Assembly (NCBI GenBank): GCA_036271815.1
Contig: DATAZX010000013.1
Span: 16,545 to 80,544, forward strand
Direction of reading: 5' to 3'
Source of the DNA: Solirubrobacteraceae bacterium
Lineage (GTDB): Bacteria; Actinomycetota; Thermoleophilia; Solirubrobacterales; Solirubrobacteraceae
Length of the DNA: 64,000 bases
How positions within the stretch are numbered: position 1 is the stretch's first letter; each line of letters starts with the position of its first letter. Shown piece by piece: positions 31,616 to 40,208 of the stretch. The notes below the pieces were generated by a model. It saw only the letters and a program-made list of their open reading frames with translations, made no database searches and was not told the DNA's origin. The position numbers and the translations under genes are program-made.

Positions 31616-32737
31616 ATGCGCGAGAACTTCACCGGGCCGGTCGGGACGGTCGGCGTCGAGGAGGAGCTCATGATCGTCGACGCGTCGACCTACGCGCTCG
31701 TCAACGCGATCGAGGCACTGCTCGAGGACACCGGCGCGGCGAACGCCCACCGCGAGCACGGCGACGTCAAGCCCGAGCTGATGGAGTCCGTGCTCGAGAT
31801 CGCCACGAAGCCGTGCGCGACGACGGGCGAGGCGGAGCGCCAGCTGCGTGCGCTGCGCCGCCAGGTGCGCGAGACCGCGTCGGGGCGCGGCCTGACGATC
31901 GGCTCCGCCGGCACGCACCCGTTCGCGATGTGGGAGGACCAGCGGATCGTCGCGCGCCCGCGCTACCGCGACCTCATCTCCGCGCTGCGCTTCGTCGCAC
32001 GCCAGGAGCTCATCTTCGGCATGCACGTGCACATCGGGATGGACGACGCGGACAAGGCGATCCACGTCGCCAACGGGATGCGCGTGCACGTCCCCGTCCT
32101 GCTCGCGCTGAGCGCCAACTCGCCGTTCTGGCGCGGCGACCGCACCGGCCTGCTCTCGACCCGCACGCCGATCTTCCGCCAGTTCCCGCGCGTCGGCATG
32201 CCGCCCGCCTACGCCGACTGGGACGACTGGGAGCGCCAGGTCGCGTTCATGGTCGCAAGCGGCGTGATGGAGGACTACACCTACCTCTGGTACGACGTGC
32301 GCCCGCACCCCAACCTCGGCACCGTCGAGATCCGCTGCTGCGACTCGCAGACGCGCGTCGAGCACACGGTCGCGCTGACGGCGCTGATCCAGGCGATGGT
32401 CAAGGAGCTCGCCGAGCACTACGAGGAGGGCAAGCAGCTCGCCGCATATCCGTGGCAGATGCTCGACGAGAACAAGTGGCTCGCGGCGCGCCACGGCCTC
32501 GAGGGCGAGATCGTCGACCTGCCGTCGTCCGAGCGCGTCGGCACGCGGGCGCTGACGCGGCGCCTGCTGGACAGGCTCACGCCACACGCCCAGGATCTCG
32601 GCTCGGCGAGCGCGCTGGACGGCATCGTCGACCTGCTCGAGCGCGGCAACGGCGCCGCACGGCAGATCGTCGTCTACGAGGCCAACAACGACCTCCACGA
32701 GGTCATGGCCGAGATCGTCGCGGCGACCGCCGCATAG
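31616..32737 (+). CDS. carboxylate-amine ligase, YbdK / glutamate-cysteine ligase family 2
   Basis: [21 protein letters not shown] and SANSPFW motifs. A GTG at 31589 is an alternative start. Confidence 0.85.
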   Translation: MRENFTGPVGTVGVEEELMIVDASTYALVNAIEALLEDTGAANAHREHGDVKPELMESVLEIATKPCATTGEAERQLRALRRQVRETASGRGLTIGSAGTHPFAMWEDQRIVARPRYRDLISALRFVARQELIFGMHVHIGMDDADKAIHVANGMRVHVPVLLALSANSPFWRGDRTGLLSTRTPIFRQFPRVGMPPAYADWDDWERQVAFMVASGVMEDYTYLWYDVRPHPNLGTVEIRCCDSQTRVEHTVALTALIQAMVKELAEHYEEGKQLAAYPWQMLDENKWLAARHGLEGEIVDLPSSERVGTRALTRRLLDRLTPHAQDLGSASALDGIVDLLERGNGAARQIVVYEANNDLHEVMAEIVAATAA

Positions 32738-32811
32738 CGCGACGCCGCCCGCCGCCGGGTCTTCCGCGATCCTTCGACGGGCGCGCTCGGCAGCTCCGTA
32801 GAATCGAGTAG

Positions 32812-33636
32812 ATGCCGCATCCTGACCTCTTCGTCGTGTGCAAGAACTGCCAGGCCGAGGTCAGTCCCTACATCACCGAGTGCCCGTATTGCGGGATGCG
32901 GCTGCGCAAGCGCGCGCCGAAGATCGAGCGCCCGGACGCGCCGCCGCCGAAGCCGCCGCGGCGTCTGGGTCGCGGGACCTCGCGCGGGCGCGCGAAGACG
33001 CCCAGGCCCGCCGCGGAGCCGCGCCTCGGCCGGCTGCGCGGCGGCGAGATCCCGGGCATCCGCGGCGACGCGCTCGCGAAGCCGTGGGCCACGATCGTCC
33101 TCGTCGCGCTGTCGTTCGGGATCTGGTTCTCGCTGGCGTTCTACGCGAGCGAGAACTTCGCGCTGACCGCGCTCGGCGGCGATCCCTGGCGCTACGTCAC
33201 GGCCTCGCTGCTGAACGGCAACACGGCCACCCAGTTCGTGATCGTCCTCGGCCTCGGGCTGTTCGGCTGGCTGATCGAGCGCCGGCACGGCCCGATCGTC
33301 GTCGTGGCGCTGTTCGCGCTGTGCGGACCGGGCGCGCTCGCGATCGCCGTCGCGCTGGACCCCGGCGCCGGCGTGTTCGGCTCGCAGGGCGCCGCGCTCG
33401 GACTGCTGTGCGCATGGGTCGTCCCGGTGCTGATCGCGCGGCGCCGCGGAACGGGCGACGACGACGTCGACCTGCTCGGCGCGCTGGTCATCGGCGTCGT
33501 GCTGCTGCTGGCGCCGGTGCTCGCGCAGGGCGACGTCGTCTCCGGCGTGTCGGTGGGGAGCACGTTCGCGGAGCTCGTCGGCGCCGGCCTCGGCGCGCTC
33601 GCCGGCCTGGTGCTGTCCACGAGGCCCGCGCGCTAG
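32812..33636 (+). CDS. rhomboid-fold membrane protein with an N-terminal zinc ribbon; catalytic residues apparently missing
   Basis: CKNC...CPYC zinc ribbon, a [10 protein letters not shown] (WR) motif and 6 predicted TM helices. The canonical GxSG and AH motifs read GSQG and AE in my by-eye alignment to GlpG. Confidence 0.6.
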   Translation: MPHPDLFVVCKNCQAEVSPYITECPYCGMRLRKRAPKIERPDAPPPKPPRRLGRGTSRGRAKTPRPAAEPRLGRLRGGEIPGIRGDALAKPWATIVLVALSFGIWFSLAFYASENFALTALGGDPWRYVTASLLNGNTATQFVIVLGLGLFGWLIERRHGPIVVVALFALCGPGALAIAVALDPGAGVFGSQGAALGLLCAWVVPVLIARRRGTGDDDVDLLGALVIGVVLLLAPVLAQGDVVSGVSVGSTFAELVGAGLGALAGLVLSTRPAR

Positions 33637-33998
33637 TGCCGGACGGACCGCCGGTGCGCGAGACCTACACGGCCGCCGAGGTCGACGCCGCCGTCGCGGC
33701 GCTGTCGGACCCCGAGCGCTTCGGGCATGCCCAGGAGATCGTCGCGCATGCCGCGCCGGGACTGCAGCGGGTGCTCGGCAGCGCGCTCGAGGCCGGCGGC
33801 TGGTTCGACCAGGCCCACGAGGCCCAGCTCACGCAGGTGTCCGGCGTCGAGGATCGCAGCGAGCGTGCGCGCGCGATCCACGCGCTGATCGCCGAGGAGA
33901 CGCGCCTGGCGATGCTCGTCGGCGTCTCGGTCGGATTCGAGCTCGCGCGCGAGCTCGCCGCGCAGCCGCACGACAACCACGAAGGGAACACCGGATGA
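33636..33998 (+). CDS. hypothetical protein (120 aa)
   Basis: GTG start overlapping the rhomboid stop (TAGTG). Acidic helical composition. Confidence 0.5.
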   Translation: MPDGPPVRETYTAAEVDAAVAALSDPERFGHAQEIVAHAAPGLQRVLGSALEAGGWFDQAHEAQLTQVSGVEDRSERARAIHALIAEETRLAMLVGVSVGFELARELAAQPHDNHEGNTG

Positions 33999-34270
33999 CC
34001 CACGCGATCGTGCTCGTCGAAGCCGAGCGAGACGTGATGTCCACGCTCGGCGGGGCACTCGCCGAGGTCGACGGGGTGCGGGAGGCCTACTCCGTCACGG
34101 GCGAGTGGGACTTCGTCTGCATCGTGCGCGTCGATCGCCACGAGGACCTGGCGAGCGTGGTGACCGGCGCGATCTCGACGATGCCCGGGGTCGCGAGGAC
34201 CCACACGATGGTCGCCTTCGAGGCGTTCTCGCGCCACGACCTGGAGGCGATGTTCTCGATCGGCGAGTGA
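33995..34270 (+). CDS. stand-alone Lrp/AsnC ligand-binding (RAM) domain protein
   Basis: MTHAIVLVEAERD....EVDGVREAYSVTGEWDFVCIVRV...M, the typical AsnC_trans_reg fold with no HTH. ATGA overlap with the upstream gene. Confidence 0.8.
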   Translation: MTHAIVLVEAERDVMSTLGGALAEVDGVREAYSVTGEWDFVCIVRVDRHEDLASVVTGAISTMPGVARTHTMVAFEAFSRHDLEAMFSIGE

Positions 34271-34289
34271 CGGCCCGCCGGCCTCGGGC

Positions 34290-34493
34290 TCAGTCCTCCT
34301 GCCAGCCGCGGCAGAACCAGACCGAGCGGTCCTTCCAGTCGTGGGCCATCAATGCGACGCCGACGGCGCCGGCGAAGGTCAGGATCGCGCCCGTCGCACC
34401 ATGGTGGCAGCGCTGGCCATAGATCCACAGGCGACGGCGCACGCTGTCGTAGTGAATCGGCTTGTGCAGGTGTGGAGTCGTCGTCGTGGCCAT
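34290..34493 (-). CDS. small hypothetical protein (67 aa) with one hydrophobic helix and a His/Cys-rich N-terminus
   Basis: MATTTTPHLHKPIHYDSVRRRLWIYGQRCHHGATGAILTFAGAVGVALMAHDW... Confidence 0.4.
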   Translation of the reverse strand: MATTTTPHLHKPIHYDSVRRRLWIYGQRCHHGATGAILTFAGAVGVALMAHDWKDRSVWFCRGWQED

Positions 34494-34626
34494 CGGATCG
34501 TCACTGCTTCCTAGATCGGAAAACGCCCGCGGGAAACCACAGTTGCGCTCCACGACCGATCATGCGTCCAGGCGCGTTTGCGTCGCCGGTGGGCCGGCCG
34601 TCGCGGGCGCGCGTCAGAATGACCCC

Positions 34627-35286
34627 GTGCCCGTGATCAAAGCCGAGTACGGCCCCACGATGCCCGAGCTCGTCGGCGGCCTGCCGCGTGCGGCGCGCGC
34701 GGCGGCGATCGCGTTCGGGGCGCTCGTGGTCCTCGCCGCGATCGCGATCGCGCTGCGCGCGCGGTCCGGCGACACGGCGCTCGTCGTGCGCGGACCGGTC
34801 ACCTTCAACCTCGCCTACGGGCCGCAGCTGCAGCACTTCTCGCAGCCCGGCTCGCTGCTCGCGCTGCGCCAGCGCCGCGGCGGCCTGTTCCTGGACTCCT
34901 ACGTCGTGCGCCGCCTGAGCCTGCCCGCCTACGAGGGCGCCGTCGGCGGGCTGCTGCCGGTCTACTCCGACAAGTACCTCGCGGCCCTGCTGCGCCGCTA
35001 CGGGCCGTCGTTCGATCTCGTGCAGGAGGGTCGCACGCGAATCAACAACGGGATCGGCTACCAGCTCGTGCTGCGCGGCACGCGCGACGGCCGGGCGCTC
35101 TACGTCCGCCATCTGCTGCTCGTGCCCGAGACGCCGGACGGCGTGCGCCAGGGCGTCGTCATCGAGCTCGAGTCCACGCCGGCGTCCGGCACGCCGAACG
35201 CGCTCGGCAACGGCAACGCGGGCGCGCTCAAGCAGGCGCTGCGCTCGTTTCGCTTCGGCACGTCGACGACCGGGGGCACGCAGTGA
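34627..35286 (+). CDS. hypothetical membrane-anchored protein
   Basis: TM helix AAAIAFGALVVLAAIAIAL followed by a soluble domain. The start (GTG 34627 or ATG 34660) is uncertain. Confidence 0.55.
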   Translation: MPVIKAEYGPTMPELVGGLPRAARAAAIAFGALVVLAAIAIALRARSGDTALVVRGPVTFNLAYGPQLQHFSQPGSLLALRQRRGGLFLDSYVVRRLSLPAYEGAVGGLLPVYSDKYLAALLRRYGPSFDLVQEGRTRINNGIGYQLVLRGTRDGRALYVRHLLLVPETPDGVRQGVVIELESTPASGTPNALGNGNAGALKQALRSFRFGTSTTGGTQ

Positions 35287-35612
35287 TCGCCTGGGCGGAC
35301 TTCGAGAAGGTCGACATGCGCGTCGGGCGGATCGTCGCGGTCGAGGACTTCCCGCAGGCGCGCAAGCCGGCCTGGAAGCTGCGCATCGACTTCGGCCCCG
35401 AGATCGGCGAGAAGCGCTCCTCCGCCCAGATCACGAGCTACACGCGCGAGCAGCTCGAGGGCCGGCTCGTCGTCGGCGTCGTGAACTTCCCGCCGCGCCA
35501 GATCGGGCCGGTGCGCTCCGAGGTGCTCGTGCTCGGCGCGGTCGCCGACGATCACCCCGTGCTGCTGCTCGAGCCCGACGCGGGCTCGCGGCCGGGCGAC
35601 CGCATCGCCTGA
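35283..35612 (+). CDS. csaA: tRNA-binding domain protein (CsaA/YgjH family)
   Basis: FEKVDMRVGRIVAVEDFPQARKPAWKLRIDFG...VVGVVNFPPRQIGP..SEVLVLG. Confidence 0.85.
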   Translation: MIAWADFEKVDMRVGRIVAVEDFPQARKPAWKLRIDFGPEIGEKRSSAQITSYTREQLEGRLVVGVVNFPPRQIGPVRSEVLVLGAVADDHPVLLLEPDAGSRPGDRIA

Positions 35613-35616
35613 TCCG

Positions 35617-37260
35617 TCAGCCGACGGTGATGACGACGCTGCGGATGATGCGATGCGTCTGGACCTGCGCGTGCTTGAGGCGCGCGTGAGCTGAGCGCGC
35701 CGGGCGCGCCGCGCCGGGGTGCGCCGTCGCTCCGCCCGTGCCCGAGACCGCGGTCGTCGTGTCGGGCTGGGCGGGCGTCGCCGGTGCCTGCGACGGCGGC
35801 GAGGTGACGGGAGGCGTGGACGTGGACGGCGGCGTGGCGACGACCGGCGCCGGGTTGGACGCCGGATCCTGCGGCGTGAGGATGACCGGGGGCGTCGTGA
35901 CGGGCTCCGCGGGAGCGGCCACGCCGCCGGTCTGCGCGGGCGGCGCCGTGGCGCTGCTCAGCGTCGTGCTGTCGCTCTCCTCCTGGACGGGCGCGAGGCC
36001 CGGGGTGGTCGTCGCGGTGGGGTCGGTCGTCGCGGGCGCCGTCGTCGCGGTGGGCGTCTGGAGGGCCGTGGCGGCCGGGTCGACGGCGACCTTCGCGCCG
36101 GCGGTCTTCGCCGGATCGGCCTTCCGGACCACCGCCGTCGCGACGGCCGGCGGAGTGCTCGCCACCGGCTTCGCGGCGTTGACCGGCTGCTGGGCGGACG
36201 CGACGACCTCGGGCTCCGTGCGCTTCGCGACGGCGGGCGGTGCCACGGCGGCGGCGACCGCGCGGACCGGCAGCTTCGTCTGCACGTGCTTGACCTCGAC
36301 GGCACCCGCCGTGACGATCGCGGCGGCGGCGAGGCCCGCCGCGGTCTTCGTCGCGATCGTGCTGATGCCGGCGGTCATCGCGCTCGTGCCGCCGGTCGCC
36401 GCGACGCTGACGGCCGCGGCGCCCGCGGCGCTGCCGGCGCCCGCGGACGCGGTCATGCCGAACTGCGCGAGCAGCGCCTTCTTGAAGAGCAGCAGCGGCG
36501 CGACGGGGAAGACCGCGGCGAGCGCCTTGTTCGTGCTGCGCAACTGCGCCTTGAAGCCCTGGCAGCGCTCGCACGAGCGCACGTGACGGCGGGCCGGGGC
36601 GGTCGAGCGCTTGAGGCCCTCGGCGACCTCGCCGAGCTCCTCGCGAACCTCCTCGCAGGTCAGCGTGCGCGCCTCGGCGGCCTCGGCGAGCGAGACCCGC
36701 GCGCGCACGAGCAGGGACTTCACCGAGGGGATCGTCGTCTCCATCGCCTCGGCGATCTGCTCGTAGGAGAGCGCGTCGATCTCGCGCAGCAGCAGCGCGG
36801 TCTTCTGCGTCTCCGGCAGATCCTGCACGTCGGCGACGAGCAGGCGGAACTCCTCGCGCTTGTGGACCTTGTCCGCCGTGCTGGCGCCGCCCTCGGAGAT
36901 GTGCACGTCCATCGAGTCGACGCCGATCGCCTGGACGCGGCGCAAGTGGTTCAGCGAGCGGTTGCGGGCGATCCGGTACAGCCACGGGCGCACGTTGATC
37001 GCGCGGTCGTCGGCGAGGATCGCGTTGAACGAGGCGGCGAAGACCTCCTGCAGGACGTCCTCGGCGTCCTCGCGCGAGCCGAGCATGTGGCGGCAGAAGG
37101 CCAGCAGGCGCGACTGGTAGCGGGCCACGAGCGCCTCGAACGCGCCGTGGTTGCCGCGCCGCACGAGCACGATCAGGCGCTCGTCGGATTGCAGGCGCAG
37201 CAGCGGCGTCGAACCCCGAAGGCCGATCTGCGCTGAGTGCTTGAGAGCTGAGGCTTCCAT
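35617..37260 (-). CDS. ECF sigma factor fused to a ZAS anti-sigma domain, TM segments and a long Pro/Thr/Ala-rich tail
   Basis: Sigma-70 region 2 (EDVLQEVFAASF...RPWLYRIARNRSLNHLRR), region 4 (LPETQKTALLLREIDALSYEQIAEAM) and an HxxxCxxC motif (HVRSCERC). Two hydrophobic helices follow, then about 190 aa of P/T/A-rich sequence. The start is set at the ATG at 37260 to avoid the tRNA. Confidence 0.8.
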   Translation of the reverse strand: MEASALKHSAQIGLRGSTPLLRLQSDERLIVLVRRGNHGAFEALVARYQSRLLAFCRHMLGSREDAEDVLQEVFAASFNAILADDRAINVRPWLYRIARNRSLNHLRRVQAIGVDSMDVHISEGGASTADKVHKREEFRLLVADVQDLPETQKTALLLREIDALSYEQIAEAMETTIPSVKSLLVRARVSLAEAAEARTLTCEEVREELGEVAEGLKRSTAPARRHVRSCERCQGFKAQLRSTNKALAAVFPVAPLLLFKKALLAQFGMTASAGAGSAAGAAAVSVAATGGTSAMTAGISTIATKTAAGLAAAAIVTAGAVEVKHVQTKLPVRAVAAAVAPPAVAKRTEPEVVASAQQPVNAAKPVASTPPAVATAVVRKADPAKTAGAKVAVDPAATALQTPTATTAPATTDPTATTTPGLAPVQEESDSTTLSSATAPPAQTGGVAAPAEPVTTPPVILTPQDPASNPAPVVATPPSTSTPPVTSPPSQAPATPAQPDTTTAVSGTGGATAHPGAARPARSAHARLKHAQVQTHRIIRSVVITVG

Positions 37261-37392
37261 GGTTGCCGGACGGCGCGTGCTGCGCCTTCGACGTTGCAAA
37301 CCCCACAACGGTCGCGAAGTTCCGAGGTTGCGCCTGAAGTCCAGGCTAGCGGCCCGCACGGGAAGGCCCGCCCGCGCCCGCTCGCGCGGCAA

Positions 37393-37478
37393 TGCCCGGG
37401 GCGGGATTCGAACCCGCAAGCTCTTGCGAGCCAGCGGCTTTTAAGGCCGCCTGCCTGTGCCGATTGGGCCACCCGGGC
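37393..37478 (-). tRNA. tRNA-Leu (anticodon UAA)
   Basis: GCCCGGG acceptor, anticodon arm GCGGC-CUUAAAA-GCCGC, a long variable arm (type II), T-arm GCGGG-UUCGAAU-CCCGC and A73. Confidence 0.9.
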
Positions 37479-37520
37479 GCACGCCTATCCTACGGCGCGC
37501 TCCCGGGCGATCCGACGATC

Positions 37521-38462
37521 TCAGCGCTTGACGTTCTTCAGCTGGGCCTTGTAGACGGCGTACGCCGGTCGGGCCGTGCCGTTCGCGTTGACGAGGCCGG
37601 CGTCGAAGCCGTCGCAGGCGTTGCCGAACCAGTTGTAGGAGTACAGCCGGTCGATGTACTTGTCGTAGGTCTTCAGCAGCCCGAACATGAACTTCGTCCG
37701 GTTCGCCGCGCGCGACTGGTTGCAGGGCAGGTCGCCGCCGAAGTTCACGACGCCGCCGGTCTCCGTGAGCCAGAACTTCGAGACCTTGTTCTTCAGGCGC
37801 ACGGCCTTGACGATGCGCGCGATGCCGGGGTAGCGGCTGCTCGCGTTCTTCTCCGTGATCTTGCGGTTGACCTGGGAGTAGTTGTGGATGCCGATGATCT
37901 TCGCGGTGCGGCCCGAGGGGCCGGCGGCGGCCATCCACTGCTTGATGTACGTCTCGACGCCCTTCTGGTCGAGCACGTCGAGCGCGACGATGTTGCAGCC
38001 CGAGCACAGGCTCTTGAAGGTCTTGTAGTACTGCGCCGCGCGCTTGGGGCTCTTCGACGTCGGCTGGGTCGTGTGGTTCTCCTCGTTCCAGACGCCCCAG
38101 TCCTTGACGCCGAACGGCTTGTAGCGCGCGATCAGCGCCTTGGCGGCCTTCTTGTAGGCCGCGACGCTCGGCAGCGTGCCCTGGCCGGCGGTGAGGTTGT
38201 CCGTCGAGAGGTGCATGAGGACCTTGACGCCCGCGGCCCTCGCGGCGGCGACGAACTGGTCGGCCTTGGTCAGCTCGGCCGGGTCGGTGGCCGCGTCCCA
38301 GTGGATGAAGTAGCGCGTCTGCTTGAGGTGCAGCGCCTGATAGAGCGGGTCGGCGAACATCTTCGGGCTCTGGTCGCCGATGCCGACGGTGACGTTGACG
38401 CGGGCCTGCGCGGCGGCCGGTAGGGCGGCGAGGCCGATCACGACGAGCAGCGAGACGAGCAT
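37521..38462 (-). CDS. secreted clan GH-A (TIM-barrel) glycoside hydrolase-like protein
   Basis: Signal peptide MLVSLLVVIGLAALPAAAQA, plus GVWNEENH (acid/base-like NE) and FWLTETGG (nucleophile-like). Strikingly Lys/Asn/Tyr-rich compared with its neighbours. Confidence 0.7.
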   Translation of the reverse strand: MLVSLLVVIGLAALPAAAQARVNVTVGIGDQSPKMFADPLYQALHLKQTRYFIHWDAATDPAELTKADQFVAAARAAGVKVLMHLSTDNLTAGQGTLPSVAAYKKAAKALIARYKPFGVKDWGVWNEENHTTQPTSKSPKRAAQYYKTFKSLCSGCNIVALDVLDQKGVETYIKQWMAAAGPSGRTAKIIGIHNYSQVNRKITEKNASSRYPGIARIVKAVRLKNKVSKFWLTETGGVVNFGGDLPCNQSRAANRTKFMFGLLKTYDKYIDRLYSYNWFGNACDGFDAGLVNANGTARPAYAVYKAQLKNVKR

Positions 38463-38647
38463 GCGACGGGGCAAGGTTTGCTTCCTTTCGGCGAGGTCAA
38501 CCGTTGGGCACCACATCGGCAGCACCTTGGCGCAGCTGAAGCCTAACCGGGCAGGCGACCCCGCGGGCGGGTCGAGCGCCGTGGGCCGCGGTGAGCTGCG
38601 CGCCCGAGTCGCGCCGCGCGGCGAGCGCGGTGCCGGGCCGCGGCCCG

Positions 38648-39403
38648 TCAGGCCGCGCGCACGCCGACGGCCGGGGCGCCGACGCCGTCGAGCAGGAGCG
38701 TCGCGAGCCGCTCGTTGCCTTCGATCTGCAGGCCACCGTGGTCGCTGTTGGGTCCGAGCGCGTCGATCCAGTCGGCCTGCGTGCCCGACACGCGCGTGTC
38801 GGCGTGGGCGGCCGGCTGCTCGGCGACCGTGACGGAGTCGGCCTGCACGGTCAGGGTGTAGTGGCGGGTCGTGGCGGCGTCGAGGTCGACCGTGAACTCG
38901 GCCGTGCCGCTCAGGCCGCTGGGCACGTCGACGAGGCCGGGGGCGATGCGCAGGATCGCGCCGATGTCGATCGCCTCGGACTCGCGCGGCGCGGTCCACG
39001 CCCACTCGTAGCCCCAGCGGGCGAGGGCGCCGAGGACGGGAAGCAGCTCCTTGGAGCGGGGCGTCAGCTCGTAGTCCACGCGCGGCGGGACCTCGCGGTA
39101 GCGCTGGCGCGTGAGCAGGCCGCCGGCGACCATGCGGTTCAGCCGCGAGCGCAGCTGCTCGGTCGAGATGCCGGGCAGCACTCGCTGCAGCTCGACGAAG
39201 CGGCGCGGGCCGGTGGACAGGTCGCGGATGATCAACAGCGTCCACTTGTCGCCGACGAGGTCGAGTGCTCGTGCGTCGGGCGCCCATTGGTGGTACGGGT
39301 GGCGCTTCGGACTGGGGGTGGTGGGCAATGCGATCGCCTCCGAGAGGGGCCGGGCGTGTGCTGGACGCCGCTGCACGGACGTTGTCGGTATCAGAGGCAC
39401 CAT
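38648..39403 (-). CDS. HxlR-family regulator with a C-terminal SCP2-like extension
   Basis: ALDLVGDKWTLLIIRDL..GPRRFVELQRVLPGISTEQLRSRLNRMVAGGLLTRQ...VDYELT, followed by a ~110-aa C-terminal domain. The start is set at the internal ATG (MVPLI...). Confidence 0.75.
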   Translation of the reverse strand: MVPLIPTTSVQRRPAHARPLSEAIALPTTPSPKRHPYHQWAPDARALDLVGDKWTLLIIRDLSTGPRRFVELQRVLPGISTEQLRSRLNRMVAGGLLTRQRYREVPPRVDYELTPRSKELLPVLGALARWGYEWAWTAPRESEAIDIGAILRIAPGLVDVPSGLSGTAEFTVDLDAATTRHYTLTVQADSVTVAEQPAAHADTRVSGTQADWIDALGPNSDHGGLQIEGNERLATLLLDGVGAPAVGVRAA

Positions 39404-39433
39404 ATGGCAGCTTTCTAAACGTTGTGCGCCTTT

Positions 39434-39450
39434 GGTCCAGATGTTGGACC
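39434..39450. promoter_or_regulatory. palindrome GGTCCA-N5-TGGACC in the divergent HxlR / DsbA-like intergenic region (candidate operator)
   Basis: Seen directly in the AT-enriched 104-bp divergent region. Confidence 0.3.
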
Positions 39451-39507
39451 TTTGACGTGCCAAATCCGGTGCGAAGGTTCCCGCAAGTTCTCGGGAGGGC
39501 ATGCGTT

Positions 39508-40134
39508 GTGCTGTACGTGGACGTCATCTCGCTCGACAGCTACCGCCGCGCAAGGGCGCGGGACCGTCAGCACGCGCGCCCGGCGGCGGCCCCGCTGACG
39601 TTCTACTTCGACCTGCGCTCGGTCTACACCTACCTCGCCGCCGAGCGCGTGGACCGGATGTTCGCGGGCGTGCGCTGGCTGCCGGCGTCCGCGAAGGCGC
39701 TCGGTCGCGGCATCGTGCTGGGAGACGACGAGCGCAGGGTGGTGCGCACGCGCGCGACGCTGCTCGGCCTTCCGCTCGTCTGGCCGGGCGAGCCGCCGGC
39801 GCTCGAGCTCGGCGCGATGCGCGTCGCGGCGCTCGCGGCCGAGCGCGGGGTCGCCGCGCAGTTCGTGCTCGCGGCGAGCCGGCTCGTCTTCTGCGGCGGC
39901 TACGCCATCGCCGATCCGGAGACGCTCGCCGAGGCGGCGGCGACCGCCGGCATCGACTGGCGCGACATGCTCCGCGCGGCCGGTGACGTCTCGCGCGACG
40001 GGCCGATCGAGGAGGCCGGGCGGCTGTTGCTGGCGGCCGGCGCCGATCGCCTGCCGGCGATGCGCGTCGGCGCGCGGCTGTTCTGCGGGGAGGACCGGCT
40101 GTCGGAGGTGGCGGCGGCGCGCGTCTCGGCGTGA
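39508..40134 (+). CDS. DsbA-like thioredoxin-fold protein (2-hydroxychromene-2-carboxylate isomerase family)
   Basis: LTFYFDLRSVYTYLAAERV is the N-terminal signature. GTG start preceded by GGGAGGG. Confidence 0.7.
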   Translation: MLYVDVISLDSYRRARARDRQHARPAAAPLTFYFDLRSVYTYLAAERVDRMFAGVRWLPASAKALGRGIVLGDDERRVVRTRATLLGLPLVWPGEPPALELGAMRVAALAAERGVAAQFVLAASRLVFCGGYAIADPETLAEAAATAGIDWRDMLRAAGDVSRDGPIEEAGRLLLAAGADRLPAMRVGARLFCGEDRLSEVAAARVSA

Positions 40135-40208
40135 CGTGGGCTCGTCGCGTCGGTGGGCGCTCGTCTGTCCGCGACGGCGTGTCGGCCCGTTGGTAGGGTC
40201 GAACGGCG

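Noticed and set aside
37261-37419. 53-codon upstream extension of the ECF sigma ORF (track start 37419)
   Set aside because: The extension overlaps tRNA-Leu (37393-37478) on the same strand and is Arg-rich. The internal ATG at 37260 gives a normal sigma N-terminus.
38463-39527. Upper part of the 668-aa track ORF 37521..39527 (and likewise 30470..32698 and 51796..54231), read as single giant proteins
   Set aside because: Each is a fusion of a genuine C-terminal gene with upstream shadow sequence overlapping other well-supported genes (HxlR-SCP2, YbdK-like, carbamate kinase). They were split at internal starts that show stop/start overlaps.
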